26,052 nt of DNA. Origin: a virus (lineage: Duplodnaviria; Caudoviricetes). Shown in pieces: positions 9,217 to 17,952 of the stretch. The position numbers and the translations under genes are program-made. Under the pieces are notes generated by a model. The model searched no databases and was not told where the DNA came from. It worked only from the letters and a program-made list of their open reading frames with translations. The DNA lies in the IMG/VR virus record IMGVR_UViG_3300030330_005228, positions 1 through 26,052 of that record; one strand, 5' to 3'. Every line of letters starts with the position of its first letter. The first letter of the stretch is position 1.

Positions 9217-10866
9217 TTACACAATGATGAATGTATCAGCAGCAACATAATATAGGGAAATAGCTGCGTTGTCAGATTCCAAAACAATATTTTCAGTTGA
9301 ACCATCAATTTCTTGTGATCCAGCCTGAGCAATTGTAATTGGGTGTGTACCAGAGTTACCGTATGCTTTAATGATAATTACTTCACCAACAGTTAATCCT
9401 GCGGAAGCAGGTAGTGTCCAAGTGCGCGGAGCAGATGCAGCAGCAGAAGGAGCATTGATGCCTACTTCAAGAGTGGCATTTGCATCTCCAATTGCATTAA
9501 TAGCAGCAACACCAGATCCAATGAAAGTTTTAAGACGAGACATGTCAGTTCTCTTAAGAGTACCAGCATCGCTAATCAAAAGCTCATCAGTGGAAGCAAT
9601 GTCTGCACCGATGTCGTCAAAACCAGAGATACAGTTGTTATTAAGCATTGAAGCTTCAACTGCGTCTGCTTGAATGGTAGCTGCACCGGCATTATCTACA
9701 TGAACATCTCCACCAGTAATCTTTGGCAAAACATATTCAGCAATCTTAGTGACATTTGTCATTTTCATTGTTCCGCCATCATTGTGAATGATACCATCAC
9801 CATCAGCGAATGCAGAAGTGCCACGAGCGGTGCCACCATCAAGCAAGTTAAGCTCAGATGGAGCAACAGTCAATGTAGTTGCCAACTCTCCGTCACTTAA
9901 TGATGGATCAAAAATTGCAACAACACCACTATTATTAGGAAGCAAAACAGTTCTATCTGCTGTTGGATCAACAAGCCCAAGAGTGAGTTCATGATCATCT
10001 GCTGGTCCTTCAAATGTGAAAGATGAAGAAACGTTGATGGTTGTTGAATCTACAGTAGTAGTTGTTCCTTGAACAGTCAAGTTACCAGCAACGATAACTG
10101 TGGAAGCATTACCACCAAGTGTAAGATTGTTAGCACCAAGAGATGAAGCAATACTAGCATTTGCAGCAGTGAAATCAAGTCCGGTAAGACCAGAAATGGA
10201 AGTTTGAGTGCCACCAAGAGCAACAGCGGTAGAGCCGATTGTTACTTCAGAGTTAGCCAACTTGCTGTTTGCAATCGAACCAGCGAGCATGCCGTTTTCA
10301 ACAGATGTAGCAGCGATAGTCAAAGCACCACCTGCAGCAATAGTAGCATCACCAGAAACGTTTCCGAAGATAGCATCTTCAAGATTTGAGAAAGTGATAC
10401 TTTTGATATTGTTTGAATCATCAACATCGCCTGCATACAACAAGTCACCTTGCGCAAGATCAGACAAAGAAGCAGCCAAAGACCCACCATCAAGTTTGTC
10501 CATATCAATAGCTGCATTTGAAGCGATAGAAGCATTAACAACCGCGTTTGAGGCTAATTGGTCTGCACCAACGGCATCATCTGCGATCATTGCCTGCTCC
10601 ACAGCATCATTGGCAATTGTTAAAACACCAGTATTAGATACAGTAGCATCTCCACTGATTGTGCGGTTTTGAGCGATGCCATCACCATCACCAATCAAGA
10701 AATCACCATCTTCAAGAGCCACTTTGGTGTGTGGAATCTCTTTGTTGTCGATTTGAGCGACAATATTAGCAGCGGTAGTATCGTCAACATCAGTTGCAAC
10801 AAGACCATCCTCTGCTTTAATAGAGCCACTGAGAACAGCAGCTCCTAATTGAAATTTATAAGCCAT
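9217..10866 (-). CDS. Fibre protein with GDAT...G.LTI..AVE..M repeats (549 aa)
   Basis: GGAGG RBS supports ATG 10866 (MAYKF). Three ~25-aa repeats, a GNLTVQGTTTTVDSTT segment and a C-terminal TLP...IDG domain. Ala/Gly/Asp/Thr rich. Confidence 0.75.
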   Translation of the reverse strand: MAYKFQLGAAVLSGSIKAEDGLVATDVDDTTAANIVAQIDNKEIPHTKVALEDGDFLIGDGDGIAQNRTISGDATVSNTGVLTIANDAVEQAMIADDAVGADQLASNAVVNASIASNAAIDMDKLDGGSLAASLSDLAQGDLLYAGDVDDSNNIKSITFSNLEDAIFGNVSGDATIAAGGALTIAATSVENGMLAGSIANSKLANSEVTIGSTAVALGGTQTSISGLTGLDFTAANASIASSLGANNLTLGGNASTVIVAGNLTVQGTTTTVDSTTINVSSSFTFEGPADDHELTLGLVDPTADRTVLLPNNSGVVAIFDPSLSDGELATTLTVAPSELNLLDGGTARGTSAFADGDGIIHNDGGTMKMTNVTKIAEYVLPKITGGDVHVDNAGAATIQADAVEASMLNNNCISGFDDIGADIASTDELLISDAGTLKRTDMSRLKTFIGSGVAAINAIGDANATLEVGINAPSAAASAPRTWTLPASAGLTVGEVIIIKAYGNSGTHPITIAQAGSQEIDGSTENIVLESDNAAISLYYVAADTFIIV

Positions 10867-10891
10867 AAATAAATCCTCCAAGAAAATATAG

Positions 10892-10926
10892 CGAAAAGAC
10901 CATACAGGTCTTCGATACTAAATAGT
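10892..10926 (-). promoter_or_regulatory. Putative late promoter ACTATTTA (10919-10926) plus 5'-UTR hairpin
   Basis: Exact motif. Hairpin AAGACC-ataca-GGTCTT (10896-10912) lies just downstream in the transcript. Confidence 0.6.
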
Positions 10927-10947
10927 CATTCAACTATACAAATACAA

Positions 10948-12045
10948 TTAGTAGATGAAGAATTTTGATGTGCCGTCTGAGTATATATTTACTGCTGCAA
11001 ATGGAGATTCTAGGATAATCGAAGTTGAGCCATCAATAGTTTGAGATCCACTTGTTCTTATCGTAATATTCTTAGAATTAGCAGCTCCGCTCTCATCTTT
11101 AACTGTAAAATGTTGGCCAGCGGTGTAGTCTCCAGCAGATGGAAGTCTTATGTCTATTGCAGCAGCACCAGAAACGCCAATAATTCTGTCATTAATGGAA
11201 GCAGTGGCGTGAGAGCTGATTGCTCTTCTGGCAAAACCGCCACCACCAGGAATTGTTATTGTGACATTATTGCTAGAATTTGTTGCGGTTACACCAGCGC
11301 CAACAAAATCAAATGATGAAACTGCTGTTGTTATATTAGAGCCTTCGTCTTTAACAATTGTTGAGCCGGCTGATGCCGAGATATCTGATATTTTTTCGTC
11401 TAGATATTTACCAACATACAAGTAGGCAGACGCCGTTAGTGGTATCTTTGACGCATCGTAATCCTGAATAAAAATAGTTCCAGCATAATAATCTACCTGC
11501 CAATCAATTGAATCCCCAGATGTGATCTCGTTTGCTGCGTCTGTTGGGTCTCCTTTGTAAATTTTCATTACATAGCGGTTTGGTGATGCGTTAGAAATGA
11601 GCGGAGGTATTAATTGCAATCCACCACGAGAGTCATAAACTCTTTTTCCGTTGGTAAAGCTGCCTGTTCCTCTTTGCGGATTAGATGAGGTAGTTTGATA
11701 AGCAGCAGGTAATTTCAAATAATAACCATGAGGCCCATTACCAGAAGCTTCATCGCCACCGCCGCCGGTATCATTTGCATCATAGATGGTGTCTGAGATC
11801 GAAACAATATCGAAATAAACTTGCTCTACTGTGGCAGGCCCACCTGCGGACGCAGAGTAAAGTGTGTAAAAAGCAGTACCAGGGTCATTTGGAACAGACT
11901 CGGCAAAAATGCCCTCGGAGGGCATAGAAACATTTGAAGGAATGATTTCATTGACGTCTGATTTTAAGTTAGAAGTTTGTGCTTTGCCTAGTAACTTTTT
12001 TGCTGCAAATTGTGTTGATGTTAAATTCGTTTTACCTGTACTCAT
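10948..12045 (-). CDS. Virion structural/fibre-associated protein (365 aa)
   Basis: GAGG RBS. C-terminal RLPSA...FTVKDESGAA...ITIRTSGSQTIDG...YSDGTSKFFIY domain resembles the 549-aa protein C-terminus. Confidence 0.7.
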   Translation of the reverse strand: MSTGKTNLTSTQFAAKKLLGKAQTSNLKSDVNEIIPSNVSMPSEGIFAESVPNDPGTAFYTLYSASAGGPATVEQVYFDIVSISDTIYDANDTGGGGDEASGNGPHGYYLKLPAAYQTTSSNPQRGTGSFTNGKRVYDSRGGLQLIPPLISNASPNRYVMKIYKGDPTDAANEITSGDSIDWQVDYYAGTIFIQDYDASKIPLTASAYLYVGKYLDEKISDISASAGSTIVKDEGSNITTAVSSFDFVGAGVTATNSSNNVTITIPGGGGFARRAISSHATASINDRIIGVSGAAAIDIRLPSAGDYTAGQHFTVKDESGAANSKNITIRTSGSQTIDGSTSIILESPFAAVNIYSDGTSKFFIY

Positions 12046-12053
12046 TATTTCCT

Positions 12054-15000
12054 CTAATATGTTACCTGAATTCTAGACAGATAACCAGTCCAGTCTTTGT
12101 GTGCTGAGATTTTAACAACAAAATATTGATTATTTCTAACCTGTTTTCCTTGCAGCTGCAGGGCAATTGCTCTACCGCCACCACCAACAGTTTGTGTAAG
12201 ATCTGAGCCCCCTCCATTAAAGATACCAACACCATCTGTATCTGGTTGGGTTCCAACACCATAGGGCCTAATGCAATCGGCCCAGGCAGTTGATGTGTCA
12301 TCTAAGCCCGTAAAAGCAGGGTCAAACGGAACTTTCAGCTCAACTTGAATATTCTTATTTGCGTCAAGAGTGCCTGTATAAAATGCTCCAGACTTGGAAA
12401 TTAAATTAGCATCTCCATACAAAGTTAAAGTAAAGGTTGCCTTGGCCAATCCGGAATTGTTTTGAAAATATCTGTAATAGGTTCTCACGTTATCCGAAAG
12501 AGTAGAATAATCTGGATTTCCAGATGGCGCTTGAAGATTTGCGTGACCAGTGTTACCCGCTACTCCGATTTGAAATGGAGAAATTGCATAACCATTTACA
12601 GTTACCATTCCATCTCCATGGGCATTTGCGCCATTCATGGCGGTTGAAGAATTCCATGCATTTGCAGAAGATGTGGTATTTGATTGAGAAACATAATTAC
12701 CAGAAACAATACGATAATGCTCAGTGTTAAAATATTCATTTGTGTTTAAATTTGTGCTCCCAATTGAGCCAGAATAAACCATAAATGATGTCTTTGAAGC
12801 TTGAGATGTGGTTTTATTACTTTTAAACGGATGTAAAACACGACTGTCTATGGTTACATCATGATCTGTAAATAATCCAAGGCCACCACTTATTGATGTT
12901 AAACTATCAAATAAAATTGTTCCTGTTATTTGAATGTCAGTTACTTCACAGTCAGATGTGTTATTTAACAAAGGCATATTTAGCGAAGATACAGCGGAAG
13001 AGGTTGTGTGGATACCTGACCCGGCCGTTCTGATATTAGAAACAGAGCAGTTTGTTGTTGTTGGGAAGGTAATTGATGTTCCATTTTGGTAAACATTTCT
13101 ATAAAAATTAGATGCCGTGTAAGCAAAACTAGCGGAAGGTCTGGATGCGAAATATCCAATACCGGATTGATAATAAACATCATTGTGATTAAAATTATCT
13201 AATACGGGAGTTGAAACCGCCGTATCATCTGTCGAGCCAGAAGGGTCCACAATCCACTCAACATAGTTTGTAATATTAGAGCCATGCTTTACTCTTGCAT
13301 AATTCCAACCAATATTTTGATCATCAGGTACAATTTGATAAATACCAGTTCTGTATGGTTTTATGTAATGTGGAATGTTGTTCGTAGTACTGTAATTGAC
13401 AGCCCCAACGCTTAATCTGGAGCCGTTGGCATTAGTTGTGTTTATTGCAGATAAAGTGGCAGTTAGATCGATTGAGTGAACATCGGCCCCGTTGACTTCT
13501 AATACCAGAGATCCGGAGTAAGCATTTCCAAAAGCCTTTGCTGGGTAGTCCCCACCGCCATCGCCACCAATGGCATCATTTAATTCTCCATCAATAGTAG
13601 GGGCAGAAGAAAATATCCCTCTTCTGTCTCCGGAGACTGAATATAAATCATTTGAATTAAAATTAGACAATGAAATAGAAGATCCTGTCGCACTGCTGTA
13701 GGCAGCAACCACATTTGAAGTACCAAAAGATAATTTCGCAGCCGTACCAGTATTGTTCGCATCAATATCAGATAAAACTTGAGGGGTTGCTTGACTTTGG
13801 TCAATTGGTAGCGTAAAATCAAGTTGTGAAATATACCCAGCCCAACTCTCATCTGCTAGAATTTTAATTACAATGTGATCGTTGTTTGCAACCGATGCAG
13901 TTCCAAAGGTGATGTTGTGTGTGTTGTCACCAGAATCTACATCGTTTGATGCTCCATTGATTAGAGCACCATCACCATCACCTACACTTCCATAAGCAAA
14001 GTTTTGGGATATATCCATCCACCCAGTGGCCCCAGGTATCTTTGCAAAAAAGTGTGCATTTCCTGTGCCGAGAGTAGAGTTGTTGTAAGTTGTGCTGTTT
14101 TTTGTAGAGCCTATTCTCATGTTGAACAGCTCTGCCCCTGAGGAGTTAGAAACAACACGGTAAAAAGTTCTTGTTCCTGTGACACCAGAATAATTTGGTT
14201 GTCCGCTTGCAACATTTGAGAGACTAGAAAAGTTACCATTAGAGGGAATATCTCCGTCAATGGGACTGTAGAGCCTTTGATTAAAATAAAGCAAACCATC
14301 TGTATGCCCAGATGCACCACCACCTGTCATGTGGTTTTGTGAATTCCACATGGATGCTGCTGCTACAACTGCTCCTTGGTTTGCATAAGAGCCAGAAGTT
14401 TTTCGATAGGTTTCATCATGAAACTTTTCTGAAACGTTTGTGCTGGCTAAAGTTCTATCGTCTATCAAAAACCCATTCCCGGTTGTCGCAGAGCCAGCAT
14501 TAGAAATTGTCGTCTTAAAAGGGTGAGTAGCAGAAACATTTGCTGTGATTGAACCACTCAGAAGAGAATTGCCGTTGTAATTAAGAGAAGCGGTGACCCC
14601 CAAAATCTTTGTATGATCTTCACCAGCACCAGTATTTATTGATGGCACAGATTGAGCTGATGGGCTTGTACTATTTGTAACCCCAAATGAAACAGGGGTA
14701 CCAGAAGCAGCATAGACATTTCTGTACAAATTGTTAATATCGACTTTGTAATTCGCTGTTGCGTCTGTGTTGTATTCAACGCCCGATAAGTATTTTGAAC
14801 CCACTAAAGAAATATTTTCAATTCTACCATTCGACACAGACAAGTCATTTGTTGATCCAGAAGGATCATTGATCCACTCTACGTAATTCGTAGCATAATC
14901 TGTGCCACCAATAGTATGGATTGCTCTAACGTAGTTCCAGCCGGGAACCATATCGTTTGTATCAACCTTAATTTTGGCGGTTCTGTGTTTAAAAATATGC

Positions 15001-16199
15001 CACTCTGAATTGTTTCCATCAAAAGAGGAAGCGGTCACTGAGATGTTTGTAAAGCCAGAGTCCCCTGTTAAAGAGTTGGCAGAACCAGTAAAAGGGTTCC
15101 CAGATCCAGCGAAACCAGCTAGGTTGACGGTATGGATAATATTTCCATTTAATTCAAGCTTAAGAGAGCCTGTCTCGGCATTACCAAACGCATCAGCAGA
15201 ATAAGCAACATAGCCATTCTGAGAGCTTTCCACAACGTGAAAATTCAAAAACCCTGTTATGTCCGTATTGTTTTTGTAAGCACCCAGTCTGAAATTGCTT
15301 CCGGATGTTTCGTTTTGATATGTTCCATTAACATTGACTGCGGCAAATCCAGCTGCTGTGTTTGAGGATGTGTAATCTGAAAGGACATTTGCTGCGCCAA
15401 AAGACAATTTAACAGTCGATCCAGCAGAGTTGTCAAAATTAACACGAGATAGAGCTGGTGCTGGACTCGGTGCAAGAATCTTTAAAACTTCATTAAATCT
15501 ATCAACAGCTACTCCAATCAAAGTGTTGGTTGTAAAGTCTGTGTAAAGTCCATCGGTGTAGTCTCCGTCTTCCGCTGCTCCAATTGTTCCGCCGCTGGCT
15601 GCACCGCCACCTGATGATGATGTAAGTACAACATTGTTGCTAGAATCCAGCGCAAGATAGCTAGATGTAGTAGCGCTTCCGGCTGCCAGTCCGGTTAAAC
15701 TCATTTTTGAGCCGGTAATCGACCCGACAAAAGTATGGGTATCATCAGCGGAGTCACCAAATGCAGTCGAACCTGTAGCTGAAAGATTAATTACATTTTT
15801 AGTTGTAACGTTTGTGGTAAATTGATTTGCAAAAAGAGTCCCAGAAACCTCCATGTTTCCAGACAAAATCAGGTTTGACCCATCAAAGGTAAAGTTTGAT
15901 TCAGCAGAAATTGTGCCATCGCCATCTGCTGTTAGGATTCGGTTGTTGGCATCATTGGCAATAGAAATAGATCCAATACCTGATAAGTTTGAACCATCCC
16001 CATAAAAAGCAGATGCAGATATATTAACAGAAGCACTTACATCTCCAAGTATTTGAAGTGTGTTGCTTCCGGTATTAAAAATGAGATTACTAGAGCCACT
16101 AATTTGTTTATCTGCTTTTTTTAACAGAACAGAACCGGTTGGTCCCAATGCTCCTGTAATTGCTCCATCCGCAATGTAAGCCCAGCCGAATTCAGCCAT
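12054..16199 (-). CDS. Large Ser/Gly/Thr/Asn-rich virion protein with internal tandem duplication (1381 aa)
   Basis: GAGG RBS. Fibre-like N-terminal ~240 aa, then two homologous ~550-aa units. Confidence 0.75.
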   Translation of the reverse strand: MAEFGWAYIADGAITGALGPTGSVLLKKADKQISGSSNLIFNTGSNTLQILGDVSASVNISASAFYGDGSNLSGIGSISIANDANNRILTADGDGTISAESNFTFDGSNLILSGNMEVSGTLFANQFTTNVTTKNVINLSATGSTAFGDSADDTHTFVGSITGSKMSLTGLAAGSATTSSYLALDSSNNVVLTSSSGGGAASGGTIGAAEDGDYTDGLYTDFTTNTLIGVAVDRFNEVLKILAPSPAPALSRVNFDNSAGSTVKLSFGAANVLSDYTSSNTAAGFAAVNVNGTYQNETSGSNFRLGAYKNNTDITGFLNFHVVESSQNGYVAYSADAFGNAETGSLKLELNGNIIHTVNLAGFAGSGNPFTGSANSLTGDSGFTNISVTASSFDGNNSEWHIFKHRTAKIKVDTNDMVPGWNYVRAIHTIGGTDYATNYVEWINDPSGSTNDLSVSNGRIENISLVGSKYLSGVEYNTDATANYKVDINNLYRNVYAASGTPVSFGVTNSTSPSAQSVPSINTGAGEDHTKILGVTASLNYNGNSLLSGSITANVSATHPFKTTISNAGSATTGNGFLIDDRTLASTNVSEKFHDETYRKTSGSYANQGAVVAAASMWNSQNHMTGGGASGHTDGLLYFNQRLYSPIDGDIPSNGNFSSLSNVASGQPNYSGVTGTRTFYRVVSNSSGAELFNMRIGSTKNSTTYNNSTLGTGNAHFFAKIPGATGWMDISQNFAYGSVGDGDGALINGASNDVDSGDNTHNITFGTASVANNDHIVIKILADESWAGYISQLDFTLPIDQSQATPQVLSDIDANNTGTAAKLSFGTSNVVAAYSSATGSSISLSNFNSNDLYSVSGDRRGIFSSAPTIDGELNDAIGGDGGGDYPAKAFGNAYSGSLVLEVNGADVHSIDLTATLSAINTTNANGSRLSVGAVNYSTTNNIPHYIKPYRTGIYQIVPDDQNIGWNYARVKHGSNITNYVEWIVDPSGSTDDTAVSTPVLDNFNHNDVYYQSGIGYFASRPSASFAYTASNFYRNVYQNGTSITFPTTTNCSVSNIRTAGSGIHTTSSAVSSLNMPLLNNTSDCEVTDIQITGTILFDSLTSISGGLGLFTDHDVTIDSRVLHPFKSNKTTSQASKTSFMVYSGSIGSTNLNTNEYFNTEHYRIVSGNYVSQSNTTSSANAWNSSTAMNGANAHGDGMVTVNGYAISPFQIGVAGNTGHANLQAPSGNPDYSTLSDNVRTYYRYFQNNSGLAKATFTLTLYGDANLISKSGAFYTGTLDANKNIQVELKVPFDPAFTGLDDTSTAWADCIRPYGVGTQPDTDGVGIFNGGGSDLTQTVGGGGRAIALQLQGKQVRNNQYFVVKISAHKDWTGYLSRIQVTY

Positions 16200-16210
16200 T
16201 TAAACCTCTC

Positions 16211-16597
16211 TTAAAATGTTGAACCAGCTAAATACACCGAACCTGAGCCTGCGACAGAAACAATATCTGCTCCATAAATATCTATAACTATATGCTCATC
16301 AACACTACTGGTGATAGAATTCCTAGAGCCATCTGTTGTGTCTATTATTTTCAATTCAGACCATTCTGCTGCTGCGTAGGTGTATCCATAAACATTAGAA
16401 ACTCCTGAATTAGACCCAGAAGCTACAATATGAAGATATCTTTGGTTTTCTGTTTTGTATGCTCCTGATTCTGGGGTCAAAGAACTAGTTTGCAAACCAG
16501 TTATCCCTTTGACAAAACTAACAGATGTTCCGTCATTTCCCGCTAAATTTTTTGGCCTTCTGGTTCGGCCCCAACTATTATATTTGTGTACTGACAT
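16211..16597 (-). CDS. Hypothetical, probably structural protein (128 aa)
   Basis: GGAG RBS, beta-rich composition, first gene of the fibre block. Confidence 0.65.
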   Translation of the reverse strand: MSVHKYNSWGRTRRPKNLAGNDGTSVSFVKGITGLQTSSLTPESGAYKTENQRYLHIVASGSNSGVSNVYGYTYAAAEWSELKIIDTTDGSRNSITSSVDEHIVIDIYGADIVSVAGSGSVYLAGSTF

Positions 16598-16615
16598 AAT
16601 TTCTCCAAAACTAAA

Positions 16616-16831
16616 TTAATTAGTGTTTTTCTTCTCTTTTTGCTCTTTCTTTTTTCTTCGGGCAATTGCGCGCTGCTTTGCTCGTCTTTTAGCATCCGAC
16701 CGCTTTGTGTGATGCCGCCTTTCTTTTACTTCTTCAATAAGTCCAAGTTTTTTGATTTTTCTTGTAAAACGTTTAATCATCCTATCGGCACTTTCGTTTC
16801 TACGAGGCCGAACTGTTAAATTTGAAGCCAT
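16616..16831 (-). CDS. rpsU: Phage-encoded 30S ribosomal protein bS21 (71 aa)
   Basis: V..R.NES.DRMIKRF.RKIKKLGLIEEVKERRHHTKRSDAKRRAK..A..R matches the bS21 pattern (V..nE..e.al+rF+r...k.g...e.+.R..yeKps..r+rk...A.+R). Start reassigned to ATG 16831 (TAATG overlap, AAGGA RBS). Confidence 0.9.
   Translation of the reverse strand: MASNLTVRPRRNESADRMIKRFTRKIKKLGLIEEVKERRHHTKRSDAKRRAKQRAIARRKKKEQKEKKNTN
16617..16624 (-). promoter_or_regulatory. Promoter-motif variant ACTAATTA overlapping the bS21 stop
   Basis: About 20 nt upstream of ATG 16597; one mismatch to consensus. Confidence 0.45.
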
Positions 16832-17247
16832 TAATCCTTTCCTGATAGTTTTTGCCAAATCTTTGCTGAATGACCAGAGAAAATACCAGAGATATCAACA
16901 CCGGGATCATTTGGGGCAACATTATCAAGCGGCCCTTGTCCTTGTGTAGATGATGGTGCTGTTGTGGGCGTTGTGCCTTCAAATAGATTAACACCGTTAA
17001 AAGCGTCTCTTCCAATTGAATCTAAAAGTTTTTGCTTTCGTTCTTTGGCTTCTTGCATTTTTCTCTCTTGTCTCGCAAAGTTTTGCTTGGGTCGTTGTGC
17101 GGTTGTCTCAACAATTTGCTGAGAACCAGAGGTGCCCTTCATAACTTCGCTTATAATAGTAGAAAGAGTGCCCTCTTCAAAGATTACCTCTTTGATGCAC
17201 TCTTTAATTAGCGGCTTTAAAATTTTCTTTAATTCGTTTTTTTTCAT
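16831..17247 (-). CDS. Hypothetical protein with MKKNELKKILKPLIKE N-terminus (138 aa)
   Basis: GAGG RBS, abuts the protease stop, leader resembles the MKLT class. Confidence 0.75.
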   Translation of the reverse strand: MKKNELKKILKPLIKECIKEVIFEEGTLSTIISEVMKGTSGSQQIVETTAQRPKQNFARQERKMQEAKERKQKLLDSIGRDAFNGVNLFEGTTPTTAPSSTQGQGPLDNVAPNDPGVDISGIFSGHSAKIWQKLSGKD

Positions 17248-17859
17248 TTAATCCTCTAAAATCTTTTTAAATAAATCATCAACAATATTTTGCTTAGCTT
17301 CATTGATTTTGTTTTCATACATCCTGTCTTGTTCTTTCGGATACACAAAAGCATTTGGCGTTGAAGGTTCTGACACCATATCAAAACATATAAGTTCAAA
17401 GTCTTCTTGAACTACTGTATTTCCCATTGATTCTTTCACAGAACCAAGCCCACGAGAAGAAATGCCAAGCTTAATACCAGCATTAATCAAATCTTTAAGA
17501 ATACGACCAGATGGAGTGTCAAGAACTTTAATCTTGCCCATAACATCTTTTCCTTCCCACCATACGTCTGTGACAACATGGGAAACATTTTTAAGATTGA
17601 TAACAGAATCATCAGGGTGATCAAGTTCCCCGAGGGCACGATTATCAGAAACTAGTTTCTTATAGTTATCCATTTCTCGTTTCAATACCTTATAGGGATA
17701 GGATCTTCCATTTCCGTTCTTTTTATCAGCAGTTTGCAAACGACCAGACAAATAAACCACACCATTTTCCATCTCCCTCTTCTCTCGTTCAGACAACAGA
17801 TCTCGACAGATCCCATCTTTACAGAGAGCATTAAATTCTGTTAGTAACATCTTTTTCAT
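17248..17859 (-). CDS. gp21: Prohead maturation protease, T4 gp21 family (203 aa)
   Basis: Motifs NGNGRSYP, ALGELDHP (catalytic His), DTPSGRI, GISSRGLGSV (catalytic Ser), FDMVSEPSTPNA. GGAG RBS before ATG 17859. Confidence 0.95.
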   Translation of the reverse strand: MKKMLLTEFNALCKDGICRDLLSEREKREMENGVVYLSGRLQTADKKNGNGRSYPYKVLKREMDNYKKLVSDNRALGELDHPDDSVINLKNVSHVVTDVWWEGKDVMGKIKVLDTPSGRILKDLINAGIKLGISSRGLGSVKESMGNTVVQEDFELICFDMVSEPSTPNAFVYPKEQDRMYENKINEAKQNIVDDLFKKILED

Positions 17860-17870
17860 TTTAATCTCCA

Positions 17871-17912
17871 ATTGTGCGGTCTCTCTCCGCCCGGGTCAGG
17901 AACCTGAACAAC
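17871..17912 (-). promoter_or_regulatory. Predicted structured RNA element (three-way junction) upstream of the protease RBS
   Basis: Manual fold: GUUGU/ACAAU outer stem enclosing the UCAG-guuc-CUGA and GCGG-agagaga-CCGC hairpins. Locally GC-rich in an AT-rich genome. Stems are short. Confidence 0.4.
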
Positions 17913-17952
17913 AACGACGAACCGGTTGTAACATCCATTTTTTAATCATCAT
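17896..17952 (-). CDS. Small ORF, 18 aa MMIKKWMLQPVRRCCSGS
   Basis: GGGAG RBS 5 nt before ATG 17952; fills the gap between two genes; below the ORF-track size cutoff. Its TGA stop is in frame with the protease gene. Confidence 0.65.
   Translation of the reverse strand: MMIKKWMLQPVRRCCSGS

Noticed and set aside
3019-10926. TAAATA on the + strand as T4-type TATAAATA late promoters
   Set aside because: Wrong orientation for every gene. The minus-strand reading ACTATTTA fits the gene positions.
7584-16199. Diversity-generating retroelement or invertible fibre cassette
   Set aside because: No reverse transcriptase, recombinase or near-identical TR/VR pair seen. The duplications are old and visible only at protein level.
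17876-17898. Selenocysteine insertion at the UGA with a SECIS hairpin
   Set aside because: The downstream hairpin is only 4 bp, does not clearly resemble a bacterial SECIS, and the UGA is not at a recognisable redox-motif position. Kept only as generic possible readthrough.
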